A DNA stretch of 64,000 nt, from contig JBMNIW010000012.1 in assembly GCA_050951325.1 (NCBI GenBank), positions 512,001 to 576,000 on the forward strand, written 5' to 3'. The stretch's first letter is position 1. Each line of letters begins with the position of its first letter. The notes beneath the pieces were generated by a model. It was given only the letters and a program-made list of their open reading frames with translations. It ran no database searches and had not been told where the DNA came from. A program made the translations under genes and the position numbers. This DNA comes from Clostridia bacterium (lineage in GTDB: Bacteria; Bacillota; Clostridia; UBA1212; DUPL01). Of the stretch, positions 1 through 10,349 are shown one piece after another.

Positions 1-829
1 CATATCCGAACTTGTGAGGATTTCGGGATTGTCACACGGTACGGATGTATGGGTTGGCAACGCCAAAGACCTCATAACAAGCGGTGTGTGTACTCTGTCG
101 GAATCCATATGCTGCCGTGATGATATAATGCTGTTTTTGATAAACAAGGGCTTGGATAAAAAGCTGGCATTTATAATCATGGAGGCGGTTCGAAAAGGAA
201 AGGGACTTACCCCTGAACAGGAACAGATTATGAGGGAGAAGAATGTTCCCGACTGGTACATACAATCCTGTAAAAAGATTAAGTACATGTTCCCCAAAGC
301 TCATGCGGTGGCATACGTTATACTTTCACTCAGGGTTGCCTGGTTCAAGGTGTATTACCCCGTAGAGTATTATTCAGCCACATTTACTTTAAAAGTGGAT
401 GACTTTGATGCAACCAACATGTGTCATGGAGCTGACAAGGCATCCAGTATCTATTTGACATTGAAGAACGCAGAGAACAATCTGAGTCAGAAGGAAGAAG
501 ATCAGAAGACAGTATACGAATTGGTGCTTGAAATGTATGCAAGAGGCATAGATTTTCTACCCATTGATTTGTATAAATCCGATGCAACAAGGTTCCTGCC
601 TGAAGGAAACGCCATAAGGCCTCCTTTGTGCTCGCTTTCAGGACTTGGTCAGTCTGCGGGAGAAAGCATTGTTCGTGCAAGGGATGAAGGCGAATTCCTG
701 TCAGTGGAAGATTTGAAAATCAGATCCGGAGTAAACAAGAATGTAATTGAGGTTCTCAGACAGGAAGGTTGTCTTGACAATCTGCCTGAAACCAACCAGC
801 TTTCACTGTTTGATTTTTCATGTATGTAG
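1..829 (+). CDS. polC: DNA polymerase III alpha subunit, PolC type (3' part; begins before the window)
   Basis: ISGLSHGTDVW, CRDDIM, KIKYMFPKAHA and the C-terminal LPETNQLSLF are PolC signatures. Confidence 0.97.
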   Translation, partial: ISELVRISGLSHGTDVWVGNAKDLITSGVCTLSESICCRDDIMLFLINKGLDKKLAFIIMEAVRKGKGLTPEQEQIMREKNVPDWYIQSCKKIKYMFPKAHAVAYVILSLRVAWFKVYYPVEYYSATFTLKVDDFDATNMCHGADKASSIYLTLKNAENNLSQKEEDQKTVYELVLEMYARGIDFLPIDLYKSDATRFLPEGNAIRPPLCSLSGLGQSAGESIVRARDEGEFLSVEDLKIRSGVNKNVIEVLRQEGCLDNLPETNQLSLFDFSCM

Positions 830-891
830 TGATATAATCAGATATTATAACATATAAACAAGCAACCAATTTTAGTTAAGGAAGGATATGT

Positions 892-2286
892 ATGCAGAAA
901 ACGGATATTGTGGATATATATAGAGATAGCAAGGCCTTTGAAAACAAGGAGATTACTGTTTGCGGATGGATTAGAACGCTTAGGGATTCCAAGACTCTTG
1001 GATTCATAGAGATAAATGACGGCAGCTGCTTCAAGGGGCTGCAAGTTGTTTTCGAAGAGGGCAAAGTCGAAAACTTTGCGGAAATTACCAAGTTGAATGT
1101 GGGTTCTGCAATAGTTGTAAAGGGCATATTGATTTTGACACCTCAGGCAAAGCAGCCTTTTGAAATACATGCCAGTGATATATATGTGGAGGGACACTCC
1201 TCGCCTGACTATCCTTTGCAGAAAAAAAGGCATACACTGGAGTATTTGCGTACCATTGCCCATTTAAGGTCCAGAACAAACACCTTCAATGCGGTGTTCA
1301 GAGTACGCTCCATGGCCGCCTTTGCCATACATGAATTCTTTAACAAAAGAGGGTTCATATACGCTCATACCCCAATCATTTCAACCAGCGACTGTGAGGG
1401 TGCGGGAGAGATGTTTACTGTGACCAGTCTGGATTTGGAGAATGTGCCAAAGACCGAAGATAACGAGGTTGACTATTCAGAAGACTTCTTTGGCCAGCAT
1501 ACGGCTTTGACAGTATCCGGCCAGTTGCATGGTGAGTGCATGGCTCTGGCATTTGGCAAGATATATACATTCGGGCCTACTTTCAGAGCAGAAAACTCCA
1601 ACACAGCAAGGCATGCCGCAGAGTTCTGGATGATTGAGCCTGAGATTGCCTTTGCGGACCTGGATGACAACATGCACCTTGCCGAAGACATGATGAAATA
1701 CATCCTTAAGTATTTGCTTGAAAACTGCAAGCAGGAGCTTGAGTTTCTGAACAACTTCTATGACAAGAACCTTATAAACAGACTTACTTTGGTTGCAAAT
1801 TCAGAGTTTGGAAGGATATCATATACCGATGCCATAGAAATACTGAAGGAACACAATGACGAGTTTGAGTATAAGGTTTATTGGGGATGCGATCTGCAGA
1901 CAGAGCATGAAAGATACTTGACTGAAAAGGTATTTAAAAAGCCTGTGTTTGTAACGGATTATCCAAAGGAGATAAAGGCTTTTTACATGAGACTCAATGA
2001 TGACGGCAAGACCGTTGCAGCAATGGACTGTCTGGTGCCCGGCATAGGTGAAATTATAGGGGGCAGCCAGCGTGAGGAAAGACTCGATGTTCTAGAAGAA
2101 AGAATCAAGGAGTTCGATCTTTGCAGAGAAGACTACGAGTGGTATGTTGAGTTGAGAAAATTTGGTGGAACACGCCATGCTGGGTTTGGTCTTGGATTTG
2201 AGCGCCTGATCATGTACGTAACAGGAATTCAGAACATAAGAGACGTTATACCATTCCCGAGAACAACCGGTTCGGCGAGATTTTAG
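892..2286 (+). CDS. asnS: Asparagine--tRNA ligase
   Basis: OB-fold [26 protein letters not shown], motif 3 [18 protein letters not shown]. Confidence 0.97.
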   Translation: MQKTDIVDIYRDSKAFENKEITVCGWIRTLRDSKTLGFIEINDGSCFKGLQVVFEEGKVENFAEITKLNVGSAIVVKGILILTPQAKQPFEIHASDIYVEGHSSPDYPLQKKRHTLEYLRTIAHLRSRTNTFNAVFRVRSMAAFAIHEFFNKRGFIYAHTPIISTSDCEGAGEMFTVTSLDLENVPKTEDNEVDYSEDFFGQHTALTVSGQLHGECMALAFGKIYTFGPTFRAENSNTARHAAEFWMIEPEIAFADLDDNMHLAEDMMKYILKYLLENCKQELEFLNNFYDKNLINRLTLVANSEFGRISYTDAIEILKEHNDEFEYKVYWGCDLQTEHERYLTEKVFKKPVFVTDYPKEIKAFYMRLNDDGKTVAAMDCLVPGIGEIIGGSQREERLDVLEERIKEFDLCREDYEWYVELRKFGGTRHAGFGLGFERLIMYVTGIQNIRDVIPFPRTTGSARF

Positions 2287-2295
2287 TATAATAGC

Positions 2296-2319
2296 CTCCT
2301 GCAAATGCAGGAGCTTTTT
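2296..2319 (+). terminator. Rho-independent terminator after asnS
   Basis: CTCCTGCA-AA-TGCAGGAG followed by CTTTTT. Confidence 0.8.
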
Positions 2320-2384
2320 CTGTTTAAAGGAGCGTTTTTTGTGTATAATCTAAACAAGGAGATTTTTGTGCAGGAGTGATGGAT

Positions 2385-3101
2385 ATGAAAGAAGACAAGA
2401 GATTCGCAGTTCTAATTGACGCAGACAATGTATCGGAGAAATATATTAAGCTCATATTTGACGAGATATCAAATTATGGCGTAATAACCTACAAGAGAAT
2501 ATATGGTGACTGGACCATGCCTACCTTGAGTTCATGGAAATCTTCATTGCTTAGATACTCCATAACTCCGATACAGCAGTACAGCTATACAACCGGAAGA
2601 AACTCAACAGATTCCGCCCTCATTATTGATGCCATGGATATATTGTACAGTGGCAATGTTGAGGGGTTCTGCCTTGTATCCAGTGACAGCGACTTTACAA
2701 GACTTGCTGCAAGGTTGAGGGAATCTGGCATGTATGTTATAGGTATGGGAGAGAAGAAAACACCCCAGCCCTTTGTTGTTGCGTGCAACAAGTTCAAGTA
2801 TCTCGAAGCATTGGCAAAGGATGAGGCAATGGACGATCCTCTTGATACAGTCGTTACCAGCCCGGAGGTTGTAAGGGAGGCAATACGTCAAATTGTTGAT
2901 GAAATATCTGACGAGGACGGATGGACTCCACTAAGTGATATTGGAAATACTTTGGTTAGACGTTTTCCTGATTTTGACGTAAGAAACTACGGATTTACAA
3001 AGCTCACTCCCTTTATTAAAAGGCTAAAGAGTTTTGAGATAAAGTCAGTTAAGACAAGTAATGAGAATATAAAGCTTATATATATTAAGAACAAGGAATA
3101 G
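2385..3101 (+). CDS. NYN-domain (LabA/DUF88) protein with C-terminal OST-HTH/LOTUS domain
   Basis: AVLIDADN, KRIYGDW, DSALIIDAMD, SSDSDF, PDFDVRNYG; AGGAG RBS before ATG 2385. Confidence 0.9.
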   Translation: MKEDKRFAVLIDADNVSEKYIKLIFDEISNYGVITYKRIYGDWTMPTLSSWKSSLLRYSITPIQQYSYTTGRNSTDSALIIDAMDILYSGNVEGFCLVSSDSDFTRLAARLRESGMYVIGMGEKKTPQPFVVACNKFKYLEALAKDEAMDDPLDTVVTSPEVVREAIRQIVDEISDEDGWTPLSDIGNTLVRRFPDFDVRNYGFTKLTPFIKRLKSFEIKSVKTSNENIKLIYIKNKE

Positions 3102-3199
3102 CCAAAAAAGTCAATTAATTAAGCATGATTAGACAAGATTAGCCTGCTGCAGGTGAATATAATGGAAAAGGAAAATGATTTCCTTTGTGAGGTGGAATT

Positions 3200-5614
3200 A
3201 TGTTCAGGAAGATTCTTTTATTGTCTGTAATAGTTCTTTCAGTATCAATACTCCTTATTTCCGCCCAGTCTGGCGGCAATGCTGCAAACCTGTATGATGA
3301 AAGTGCCAGGCTGATGTCGACTTTTGTGAACAAGCCTTATAGTGTACAGTTTAATGCAAGTGCCGAGTTTGATTCAATAGAGTTATATATACTGAATGCA
3401 GCCACAGGGAAACCAGCTACGCTTGAACTTTCGTTGTATAAATGGGACACGAATTATCAAACGACATTGAAGTCAACACCAATAATATCTGAAGAAATTG
3501 AAGAGGGTATAAAGTCAAGAACCTGGCTTAAGTGGGATTTGAACGGGAAAATGCCGTTGTTGCCTGAAGCTGGAGAATACGTTGTACATATTGAAAAGTC
3601 GGGTGAAGGAACACTGACATTTAATGTTGCAAACTTTTCATACAGCAAAGTCAGACTGTATGAGTCTTATGCTGAAAGAGGCGGCAGTTTGCAAATGAGA
3701 ATTAACTACACAAAAGGGGGCGGCGGCTTGGAAGACATATCAGATAATATTGTGGTTTTCAATGAGGATTTTGACAGATATGCAGCAACGGACGGTCTTG
3801 GTAGAGTGCTGCCAGGGTATAAGGAAGCTGGTCCTGTAAGGGAAGGGAAATACGTTGGTATATTCTTTCACACATGGCACGATTGGAATGCATCAAGAGG
3901 TACAAGAAACATAACTGAAATACTGAAAGAGCATCCTGACATAGTAAACGATTATAACAGTCTTTACTGGGGAGATTCGCCTGTATACCACTGGAATGAG
4001 CCTATATACAACTATTACAAGAATACCGACAGATGGGTTTTGAGAAAGCAGGCAGAACTGCTGGCGGAAGCTGGAGTGGATGTAATCATTTTCGACAATA
4101 CCAATGGAGCCACCACATATCTGGATGTTGTGGAAGTTTTACTTGAGGAGTTTGCAAAAGCAAGACAGGACGGAGTAAAAACACCTCAAATATCGTTTCT
4201 TATGAATTTCTTTGAAAGTTCATTTGGAGATACGGTCAAACAGCTGAAGGAACTGTATAACGCAATCTACAGAGATGGGAGATACAAGGATTTATGGTTT
4301 TATTGGAAAGGCAAGCCTCTTATGATGGCGTATCCAGACAAACTCAATGAAAATGATCCTTTGGAAAAAGAAATAAAAGAGTTCTTTACATTCAGACCAG
4401 GTCAGCCATCGTATACCATGGGACAGCAGTTTGTAGGTCAGTGGGGCTGGCTCAGCATATATCCACAACAAGTCTTTTATAATGAAGACGGCACTCCTGA
4501 GCAGATAACTGTTGGTATTGCACAGAATCACAGCAAAAAGAGGGGACTTACCGCCTTCAATGGTGAGAGTGTTTTTGGAAGAACCTGGTCAGGAAAGCTG
4601 GATGATTACGATAAGAGAGAAAATGCAAAGCTTTATGGTGCAAACTTTGCGGAGCAATTTGAGTATGCCCTGGAAGTTGATCCTGAGTTCATTTTCATTA
4701 CCGGATGGAATGAATGGGTTGTAAGCAGGTACAAGGAATGGGGAGGCGTAGTGAATGCTTTTCCAGACTCCTTCAATGACGAATACTCAAGAGACATAGA
4801 ACCTTCGAGGGGCGATTTAAAAGATCACTACTATTACCAGATGGTAAGTTACATAAGGCGTTTCAAGGGTGTAAAGCCGCCGATGGAAACTGGTGATAAA
4901 AAGGCCATAGACATTTATTCAGACGAAGACCAGTGGGCGGATGTCTTGCCTGAGTTCAAAGCGTATCCTGGTAACACAGTACACAGAGACAGTAGCGGAT
5001 ATATTAACAATGAGACAAGAAAAACATATAGATACTCCAATACCACAGGCAGAAATGACATAAGGATTGCGAAAGTGGCAAGGGATGATAAGTTTGTTTA
5101 CTTCATGGTGGAGTGCGTGGAGGATATAACTCCGCCTACGGATGAAAAATGGATGAGGTTGTTCCTTGATATTAATGGCAAGGAAACTGCGAACTGGGAG
5201 ACTTTCAACTATGTTGTAAACAGGGTGAATCCTGTTAACAACAAAGCTGTTCTTGAAAAGAGTACTGGAGGATACAACTGGGAAAAGGTTGGAGAGGTTG
5301 ATTTTAGCCTTAAGGGAAAGAGGCTGCAGATAAAGATACCCAAGTCCATGTTGGGTATAAAGGGTGACAAATTTACCATTAACTTTAAATGGTCCGACAA
5401 CATGCAGGTTGAAGGAGACATAATGGACTTTTATGTAAATGGTGATGCGGCTCCTGTTGGAAGGTATAAGTTCCAGTACACTACAATTGATGCTGCAAAC
5501 AATAAACGAAGTGGAAAAGTGTTTGTATATGCAGGAGGAGCTTTGGTGCTTTGTGCTTTGGCTTTGACGGGTTTTATTATAGCAAGGAAGAAAAAAAGAG
5601 CAAATAAAGGGTAA
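3200..5614 (+). CDS. Secreted, C-terminally membrane-anchored GH99/GH71-like TIM-barrel protein (paralog 1)
   Basis: Signal peptide, FITGWNEW and DIEPS motifs, C-terminal hydrophobic helix plus RKKKR; long identical stretches shared with 43702..46122. Confidence 0.65.
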   Translation: MFRKILLLSVIVLSVSILLISAQSGGNAANLYDESARLMSTFVNKPYSVQFNASAEFDSIELYILNAATGKPATLELSLYKWDTNYQTTLKSTPIISEEIEEGIKSRTWLKWDLNGKMPLLPEAGEYVVHIEKSGEGTLTFNVANFSYSKVRLYESYAERGGSLQMRINYTKGGGGLEDISDNIVVFNEDFDRYAATDGLGRVLPGYKEAGPVREGKYVGIFFHTWHDWNASRGTRNITEILKEHPDIVNDYNSLYWGDSPVYHWNEPIYNYYKNTDRWVLRKQAELLAEAGVDVIIFDNTNGATTYLDVVEVLLEEFAKARQDGVKTPQISFLMNFFESSFGDTVKQLKELYNAIYRDGRYKDLWFYWKGKPLMMAYPDKLNENDPLEKEIKEFFTFRPGQPSYTMGQQFVGQWGWLSIYPQQVFYNEDGTPEQITVGIAQNHSKKRGLTAFNGESVFGRTWSGKLDDYDKRENAKLYGANFAEQFEYALEVDPEFIFITGWNEWVVSRYKEWGGVVNAFPDSFNDEYSRDIEPSRGDLKDHYYYQMVSYIRRFKGVKPPMETGDKKAIDIYSDEDQWADVLPEFKAYPGNTVHRDSSGYINNETRKTYRYSNTTGRNDIRIAKVARDDKFVYFMVECVEDITPPTDEKWMRLFLDINGKETANWETFNYVVNRVNPVNNKAVLEKSTGGYNWEKVGEVDFSLKGKRLQIKIPKSMLGIKGDKFTINFKWSDNMQVEGDIMDFYVNGDAAPVGRYKFQYTTIDAANNKRSGKVFVYAGGALVLCALALTGFIIARKKKRANKG

Positions 5615-5660
5615 AGGGCGTCGCATTAGTTTGGAATTTGACTAATGCGACAGCCTTTTT
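5615..5660. terminator. Terminator hairpin between convergent genes
   Basis: GTCGCATTAGT...ACTAATGCGAC stem with TTTTT tail. Confidence 0.8.
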
Positions 5661-5664
5661 GTTG

Positions 5665-6291
5665 CTAATATGGCTTCATAAACATTTGTGTCCAGTAAAG
5701 GGTTCCATTTGATTTCTTTGCAGCTCCCACACCTATGTGAGTGTAGGTTTTTGAAAGAATGTTTGCCCTGTGTCCTGGTGAGTTCATCCAGGCGTTAACA
5801 ACCTCCTGTGGAGTCCTCTGACCATATGCAATGTTTTCACCTGCAGAGGAAAACCTGAGGCCAAAAGATTCCATCATATTAAATGGAGAACCATATGTTG
5901 GAGATTGATGTGAGAAGTAGTTTTTATCTATCATGTCTTGTGATTTGTACCGAGCAACTCTTGCCAGCTCCCAGTGGGATTTGAGTGCGGGCAGTCCGTA
6001 TTTTGCCCTTTCTACATTCACAAGTCGTACAACTTCATCCTCATAGGATTTTAATGAACTTGCTTCAGGTATATATATTTTCTGTCCAACATATATCAGG
6101 TTGGGATTTTTGATTTGAGGGTTTGCTTTTATCAATTCCGAAATACCAATTTCGTATTTGACAGCAATTTTCCACATTGAGTCTCCTTTTTTTACAGTGT
6201 AGGTAACTCCCTGCGCATTTGCAAAAAGTGTACTCTGCAAAATAATGATAAGAGCTACGACAATTAAAATCTGTTTGAATCTTCTTTTCAA
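5665..6291 (-). CDS. SafA/YkwD-type LysM + CAP (SCP) domain protein
   Basis: LysM YTVKKGDSMWKIA...ANPQIKNPNLIYVGQ; CAP GENIA, WMNSPGHRANIL; GGAGGTG RBS with TTG start. Confidence 0.9.
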   Translation of the reverse strand: MKRRFKQILIVVALIIILQSTLFANAQGVTYTVKKGDSMWKIAVKYEIGISELIKANPQIKNPNLIYVGQKIYIPEASSLKSYEDEVVRLVNVERAKYGLPALKSHWELARVARYKSQDMIDKNYFSHQSPTYGSPFNMMESFGLRFSSAGENIAYGQRTPQEVVNAWMNSPGHRANILSKTYTHIGVGAAKKSNGTLYWTQMFMKPY

Positions 6292-6387
6292 AATATCACC
6301 TCCGCACTTATTTTTGCTGTTGCTGTTATATATATTCTATAAATTTAATGGAATTAGAAATAAAAACACATGATGTATTTTTACAGT

Positions 6388-6437
6388 TTGATTTGCTTTT
6401 TGATTTGCTTTACAAAAGGACATGTTGGTGTTAAAAT
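6388..6437 (+). promoter_or_regulatory. SigA-type promoter with a tandem direct-repeat operator over the -35
   Basis: TTTACA(6409)-17 bp-TG.TAAAAT(6432); TTGATTTGCTTT repeated at 6388-6399 and 6400-6411. Confidence 0.55.
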
Positions 6438-6472
6438 TATCGTAAATACAACATGAGTAAGGAGTGTATCAG

Positions 6473-7558
6473 ATGTCAAAGAAACTTAGAACAGCTATCA
6501 TTGGTTGCGGTGGAATAGCAAACGGCAAGCATATGCCGGCCATTAAATCAACAGGTGTTGCGGATATTGTTGCTTTTTGCGACATTATTGAAGAAAGAGC
6601 AGTTGATGCAAAGAACAGATATGGCACACCAGACAGTAAAGTATATACAGATTATAAAGAGCTTTTAAAAGATGAGAGTATTGATGTTGTACATGTATGT
6701 ACACCAAACAGTTCACATGCACCTATTGCTATTGATGCATTGAATGCAGGCAAGCACGTTCTGTGTGAGAAGCCAATGGCAAAAACAGCAGCTGAAGCTG
6801 TTGCAATGGTTGAAGCGGCAAGAAAGAACAACAGAAAACTTTCAATTGGCTACCAGAACAGATTCCGTCCTGACGTTCAGTACATGAAGAGGGCTGCTGA
6901 AGCTGGTGAGCTTGGTGAAGCATATTTTGCAAAGGCTCATGCTATTAGAAGACGTGCGGTTCCAACCTGGGGCGTTTTCATGGATGAGGAAAAACAGGGT
7001 GGAGGTCCTCTCATTGATATTGGTACTCATGCTCTTGACATGACTCTCTGGATTATGGACAACTACAAACCAAAGTATGTTGTTGGAACAACATATCGGA
7101 AGCTTGCTGATCAGACTGAAACAGGCAATGCATGGGGCGACTGGGATCCAAAGGAATTTACAGTTGAAGACTCTGCTTTTGGCTTCGTAGTTATGGAAAA
7201 CGGTGCAACAATCATTCTTGAATCAAGCTGGGCTCTTAACACTCTTGATATTGGAGAAGCAGAATGCAGTATTTCAGGTACTTTGGCAGGTATAGACAAC
7301 AGAGGCGGAAAAGTAAAAGTTAACAGAGCCAAATATGGAAAACTTAGCACCGAGACGCCAGAATTAAGCGCTGCAGGTGTTGCGTTCTATGAAGGTATTT
7401 CCGGAAATCCACAGGAGATGGAAGCCCTTACATTTTACAACAGCATTACAAAAGGCACTCCATTGGTAGTAGAGCCTGAACAAGCATGTGTTGTTTCTCA
7501 GATTCTTGAGGCGATTTACATTTCAGCGAAAACAGGCAAACCATACTACTTTTCATAA
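6473..7558 (+). CDS. Gfo/Idh/MocA family oxidoreductase
   Basis: IIGCGGIA, GKHVLCEKP, GGGPLIDIGTH. Confidence 0.93.
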   Translation: MSKKLRTAIIGCGGIANGKHMPAIKSTGVADIVAFCDIIEERAVDAKNRYGTPDSKVYTDYKELLKDESIDVVHVCTPNSSHAPIAIDALNAGKHVLCEKPMAKTAAEAVAMVEAARKNNRKLSIGYQNRFRPDVQYMKRAAEAGELGEAYFAKAHAIRRRAVPTWGVFMDEEKQGGGPLIDIGTHALDMTLWIMDNYKPKYVVGTTYRKLADQTETGNAWGDWDPKEFTVEDSAFGFVVMENGATIILESSWALNTLDIGEAECSISGTLAGIDNRGGKVKVNRAKYGKLSTETPELSAAGVAFYEGISGNPQEMEALTFYNSITKGTPLVVEPEQACVVSQILEAIYISAKTGKPYYFS

Positions 7559-7572
7559 GGAGATAATATACA

Positions 7573-8295
7573 ATGGATAGAATAAATCTGCAGCTGTACT
7601 CGGTCAGAGAGGATGCGGGAAAGGACTTTAGAGGCACTCTGGAGAAAGTGGCAAGGACAGGCTTTACAGGCATTGAATTTGCTGGTTTTTATGGTGTGGA
7701 TGCCAAAATCATGAAAAAATGGCTGGAAGAACTCGGTCTTGAGGCTGTAAGCAGCCACTCCAACGTGTTTGACAATCTTGATGAGGAGATCGAGTACCTT
7801 TGTACTGTAGGTGCAAAACATATAGTATTGCCATCTGCCAATTTTGACAACAGGGATGTTGTTCTGAAGCTGGCTGAGGATCTCAACAGAATAGGTGAGA
7901 AGTGCAAGCGACATGGCTTGAATCTTGGTTATCACAACCACAGTTTTGAGTTTAAAAAAGATGAGGACGGCAAATGGCTTTTAGATGTTTTGTTCGAGAA
8001 TACAGACCCTAATTTGGTGTCTGTGCAGCTGGATGTTTGCTGGGCGCATGTAGGCGGTGTAGACCCGGTGAAGTATCTTAAAAAATACAAGGACAGAGCA
8101 CTTACTGTTCACATGAAGGAAGTAAAGACAGTGTCACCCTACGAGGGTACTGCAATAGGTCTTGGCATAGTTGACTTTGCAGGCATATACAATTTACTGG
8201 GTGATGAATGTGACTACATTATTGAACAGGAAGGCATTGCCATGGATACCTGGGAAGGTCTGTCCATGAGCGTTGATTATTTAAGGAAGATTTAA
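7573..8295 (+). CDS. Sugar phosphate isomerase/epimerase (xylose-isomerase-like TIM barrel)
   Basis: LQLYSVR, GIEFAG, GYHNHSFEF, QLDVCW, HMKE, IIEQE. Confidence 0.9.
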   Translation: MDRINLQLYSVREDAGKDFRGTLEKVARTGFTGIEFAGFYGVDAKIMKKWLEELGLEAVSSHSNVFDNLDEEIEYLCTVGAKHIVLPSANFDNRDVVLKLAEDLNRIGEKCKRHGLNLGYHNHSFEFKKDEDGKWLLDVLFENTDPNLVSVQLDVCWAHVGGVDPVKYLKKYKDRALTVHMKEVKTVSPYEGTAIGLGIVDFAGIYNLLGDECDYIIEQEGIAMDTWEGLSMSVDYLRKI

Positions 8296-8603
8296 TGAGT
8301 TTTTTTAAGAGTGTTTATGAAGCTGTCAAACTAATACCAAAAGGTAGGGTTGCCACTTATGGGGATATTGCCCGATATGTTGGCAGCCCTCGTGCTGCAA
8401 GAGTTGTAGGCTATGCCCTTCATGTAAATCCTGAGCCCAATGCTATTCCATGTCATAGGGTTGTGAACAGGGAAGGGCGGCTTGCTCCCTCTTTTGCTTT
8501 TGGCGGCATGGAAGTGCAAAAAGCTTTATTGGAAGCTGAGAATGTGGAAGTAAGTGATGATGGATACGTGGACCTTGCAAAGTATGGCTTCAAGTTTGCC
8601 TGA
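8295..8603 (+). CDS. MGMT family DNA alkylation repair protein (C-terminal domain only)
   Basis: IPKGRVATYGDIA, ARVVG, PCHRVVN. Confidence 0.9.
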   Translation: MSFFKSVYEAVKLIPKGRVATYGDIARYVGSPRAARVVGYALHVNPEPNAIPCHRVVNREGRLAPSFAFGGMEVQKALLEAENVEVSDDGYVDLAKYGFKFA

Positions 8604-8675
8604 TTTGCCAAAGTCGGTTTTTTTATGCTACAATAGCTTCTACATTTATTGTTATCAGTTCGGGGGTATTGCCTG

Positions 8676-10349
8676 ATGGGCGAAAATGAAAATAAAGAAA
8701 TGGAAAATAGGCAGGGATTTACTAATAGTTATAAAAACTTGATAATATCGCTTGTTCTGATTATTATTGTCTTTACTTTAGGAATTGTTGCAATTGACCT
8801 GTTTACGGAAACACCCCATAAAGGTGATAGTATTATCAATACGCCGAATATTGACGCAACCCCAAAACCTATTCCAGACGTAAATGATATACGCCAGTTG
8901 TCTAATGATCTTCTAAATCTGGAAGCAAATGAAAAAGAGTGGGCTAAAAAGGATGAAGACCCTGAAGATGAAGGGTTGTACCTGATATCTGAAAACAATG
9001 ACAAATTTCTAGTTTATCATATTGACAGTGAGAATATAGCGGATGGAGGATATACTCTATACGATTTCACATATATGTGGATAAATTCCGAGGATGACGA
9101 TTTTTATGCCGTAATCAATATTTCTGGCAAAAGAGTTGACTTGTCCAATTATTACATTCTTGTAAGGGATGAAACAAGGAACTATGCTTCCCGTGCAATA
9201 ATCAATTGCTATGAGGCCACTGAAGTAATTTTGAACAACACAATCCTGACAGGCACAATAATTGCACCAAATGCTCATGTATACTATGAAGATACTTATG
9301 TATACGGGCAGGTGCATGCCAAAAGCTACGAAGGCACAATGAAGTTTCACAGGGAAATTGTCTTTACTGGATATGCAAATTTGATGTATGACCTTGTTTA
9401 TGCAGACATCAAGGTTGACGCAGTAAGGATTGCTGCAATTGAGTTTTTGGTGGAAAACGATACTTTGGGTACATACTCCCACTATACATCCGAAAGCAAG
9501 TTGAGACTTGCGGACACACAGGTCATTACTTCTCTGGTTCTGGACGACAAGGATGTGGAGGAGATTGGCTCTGACCTTGCCTTTTTTGAGAATCTGACCC
9601 ACTTGTCCATAAACAATACAAACCTATCCAGAATAGATCTCACATACGCACCGGGACTAAAGTATTTAAGCATAAACGATACAAGTGTTGCCGAGCTTGA
9701 TATTTCGCACACACCATACCTTGAATACTTGAGTGCGTTCAACACTGAAATATCATCCCTTGACCTGTCCAATACTCCAAATTTGTACTACATGAATCTG
9801 GACGACACCAACATTGAAGAACTTGATACAAGAAACTTGCAAATGCTTCTCAATTTAAGCATTAGGAACACTCCGATAAAGGATATTGACCTTTCTTCCA
9901 ATACTAAACTAATAAATTACGCTTGTGCGGGAACAATATTACCGGTTCCTGATTTGGGTTCTTTAAAGAATCTTGAATACCTGGATCTAAGCAATACCAA
10001 TCTTGAAAGCATAGAGATTGGCTCGGATTCGTTGAAGGTTTTGGATATTAGCAGGAATGAAAAGCTTTCAAGCTTTGACTTTTCACTGTTTCCAAATCTG
10101 GAGAAACTAGATATATCCAGCTGCAATATTTCTGAGTTTAACTTTGAGAAGGCTGGCAAACTAAAAGTGTTGAATGCAAGTTTCAATAAATTCAGTACAA
10201 TAGACTTAAGTGAACTGCCAACACTAACAAACGCTGAGTTATATGGAGATACGGTCAAAACAATAATAGCAAAAAGTTATGTAAAAATATATTGTGACAG
10301 CAAAGTAGAAGTAAGATGGAGTGATTACAATGGAGGCGAAGAAGCCTAG
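8676..10349 (+). CDS. Membrane-anchored protein with a choice-of-anchor-A-like beta-helix segment and leucine-rich repeats
   Basis: N-terminal TM helix; AIINCYEATEV...GTIIAPNAHV...GQVHAKS; ~21-aa LxxLxLxxTxLxxLDL repeats in the C-terminal half. Confidence 0.7.
   Translation: MGENENKEMENRQGFTNSYKNLIISLVLIIIVFTLGIVAIDLFTETPHKGDSIINTPNIDATPKPIPDVNDIRQLSNDLLNLEANEKEWAKKDEDPEDEGLYLISENNDKFLVYHIDSENIADGGYTLYDFTYMWINSEDDDFYAVINISGKRVDLSNYYILVRDETRNYASRAIINCYEATEVILNNTILTGTIIAPNAHVYYEDTYVYGQVHAKSYEGTMKFHREIVFTGYANLMYDLVYADIKVDAVRIAAIEFLVENDTLGTYSHYTSESKLRLADTQVITSLVLDDKDVEEIGSDLAFFENLTHLSINNTNLSRIDLTYAPGLKYLSINDTSVAELDISHTPYLEYLSAFNTEISSLDLSNTPNLYYMNLDDTNIEELDTRNLQMLLNLSIRNTPIKDIDLSSNTKLINYACAGTILPVPDLGSLKNLEYLDLSNTNLESIEIGSDSLKVLDISRNEKLSSFDFSLFPNLEKLDISSCNISEFNFEKAGKLKVLNASFNKFSTIDLSELPTLTNAELYGDTVKTIIAKSYVKIYCDSKVEVRWSDYNGGEEA

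Noticed and set aside
2385-3101. NYN protein as a defence or toxin system
   Set aside because: Common stand-alone LabA/DUF88-OST-HTH gene with no partner genes.
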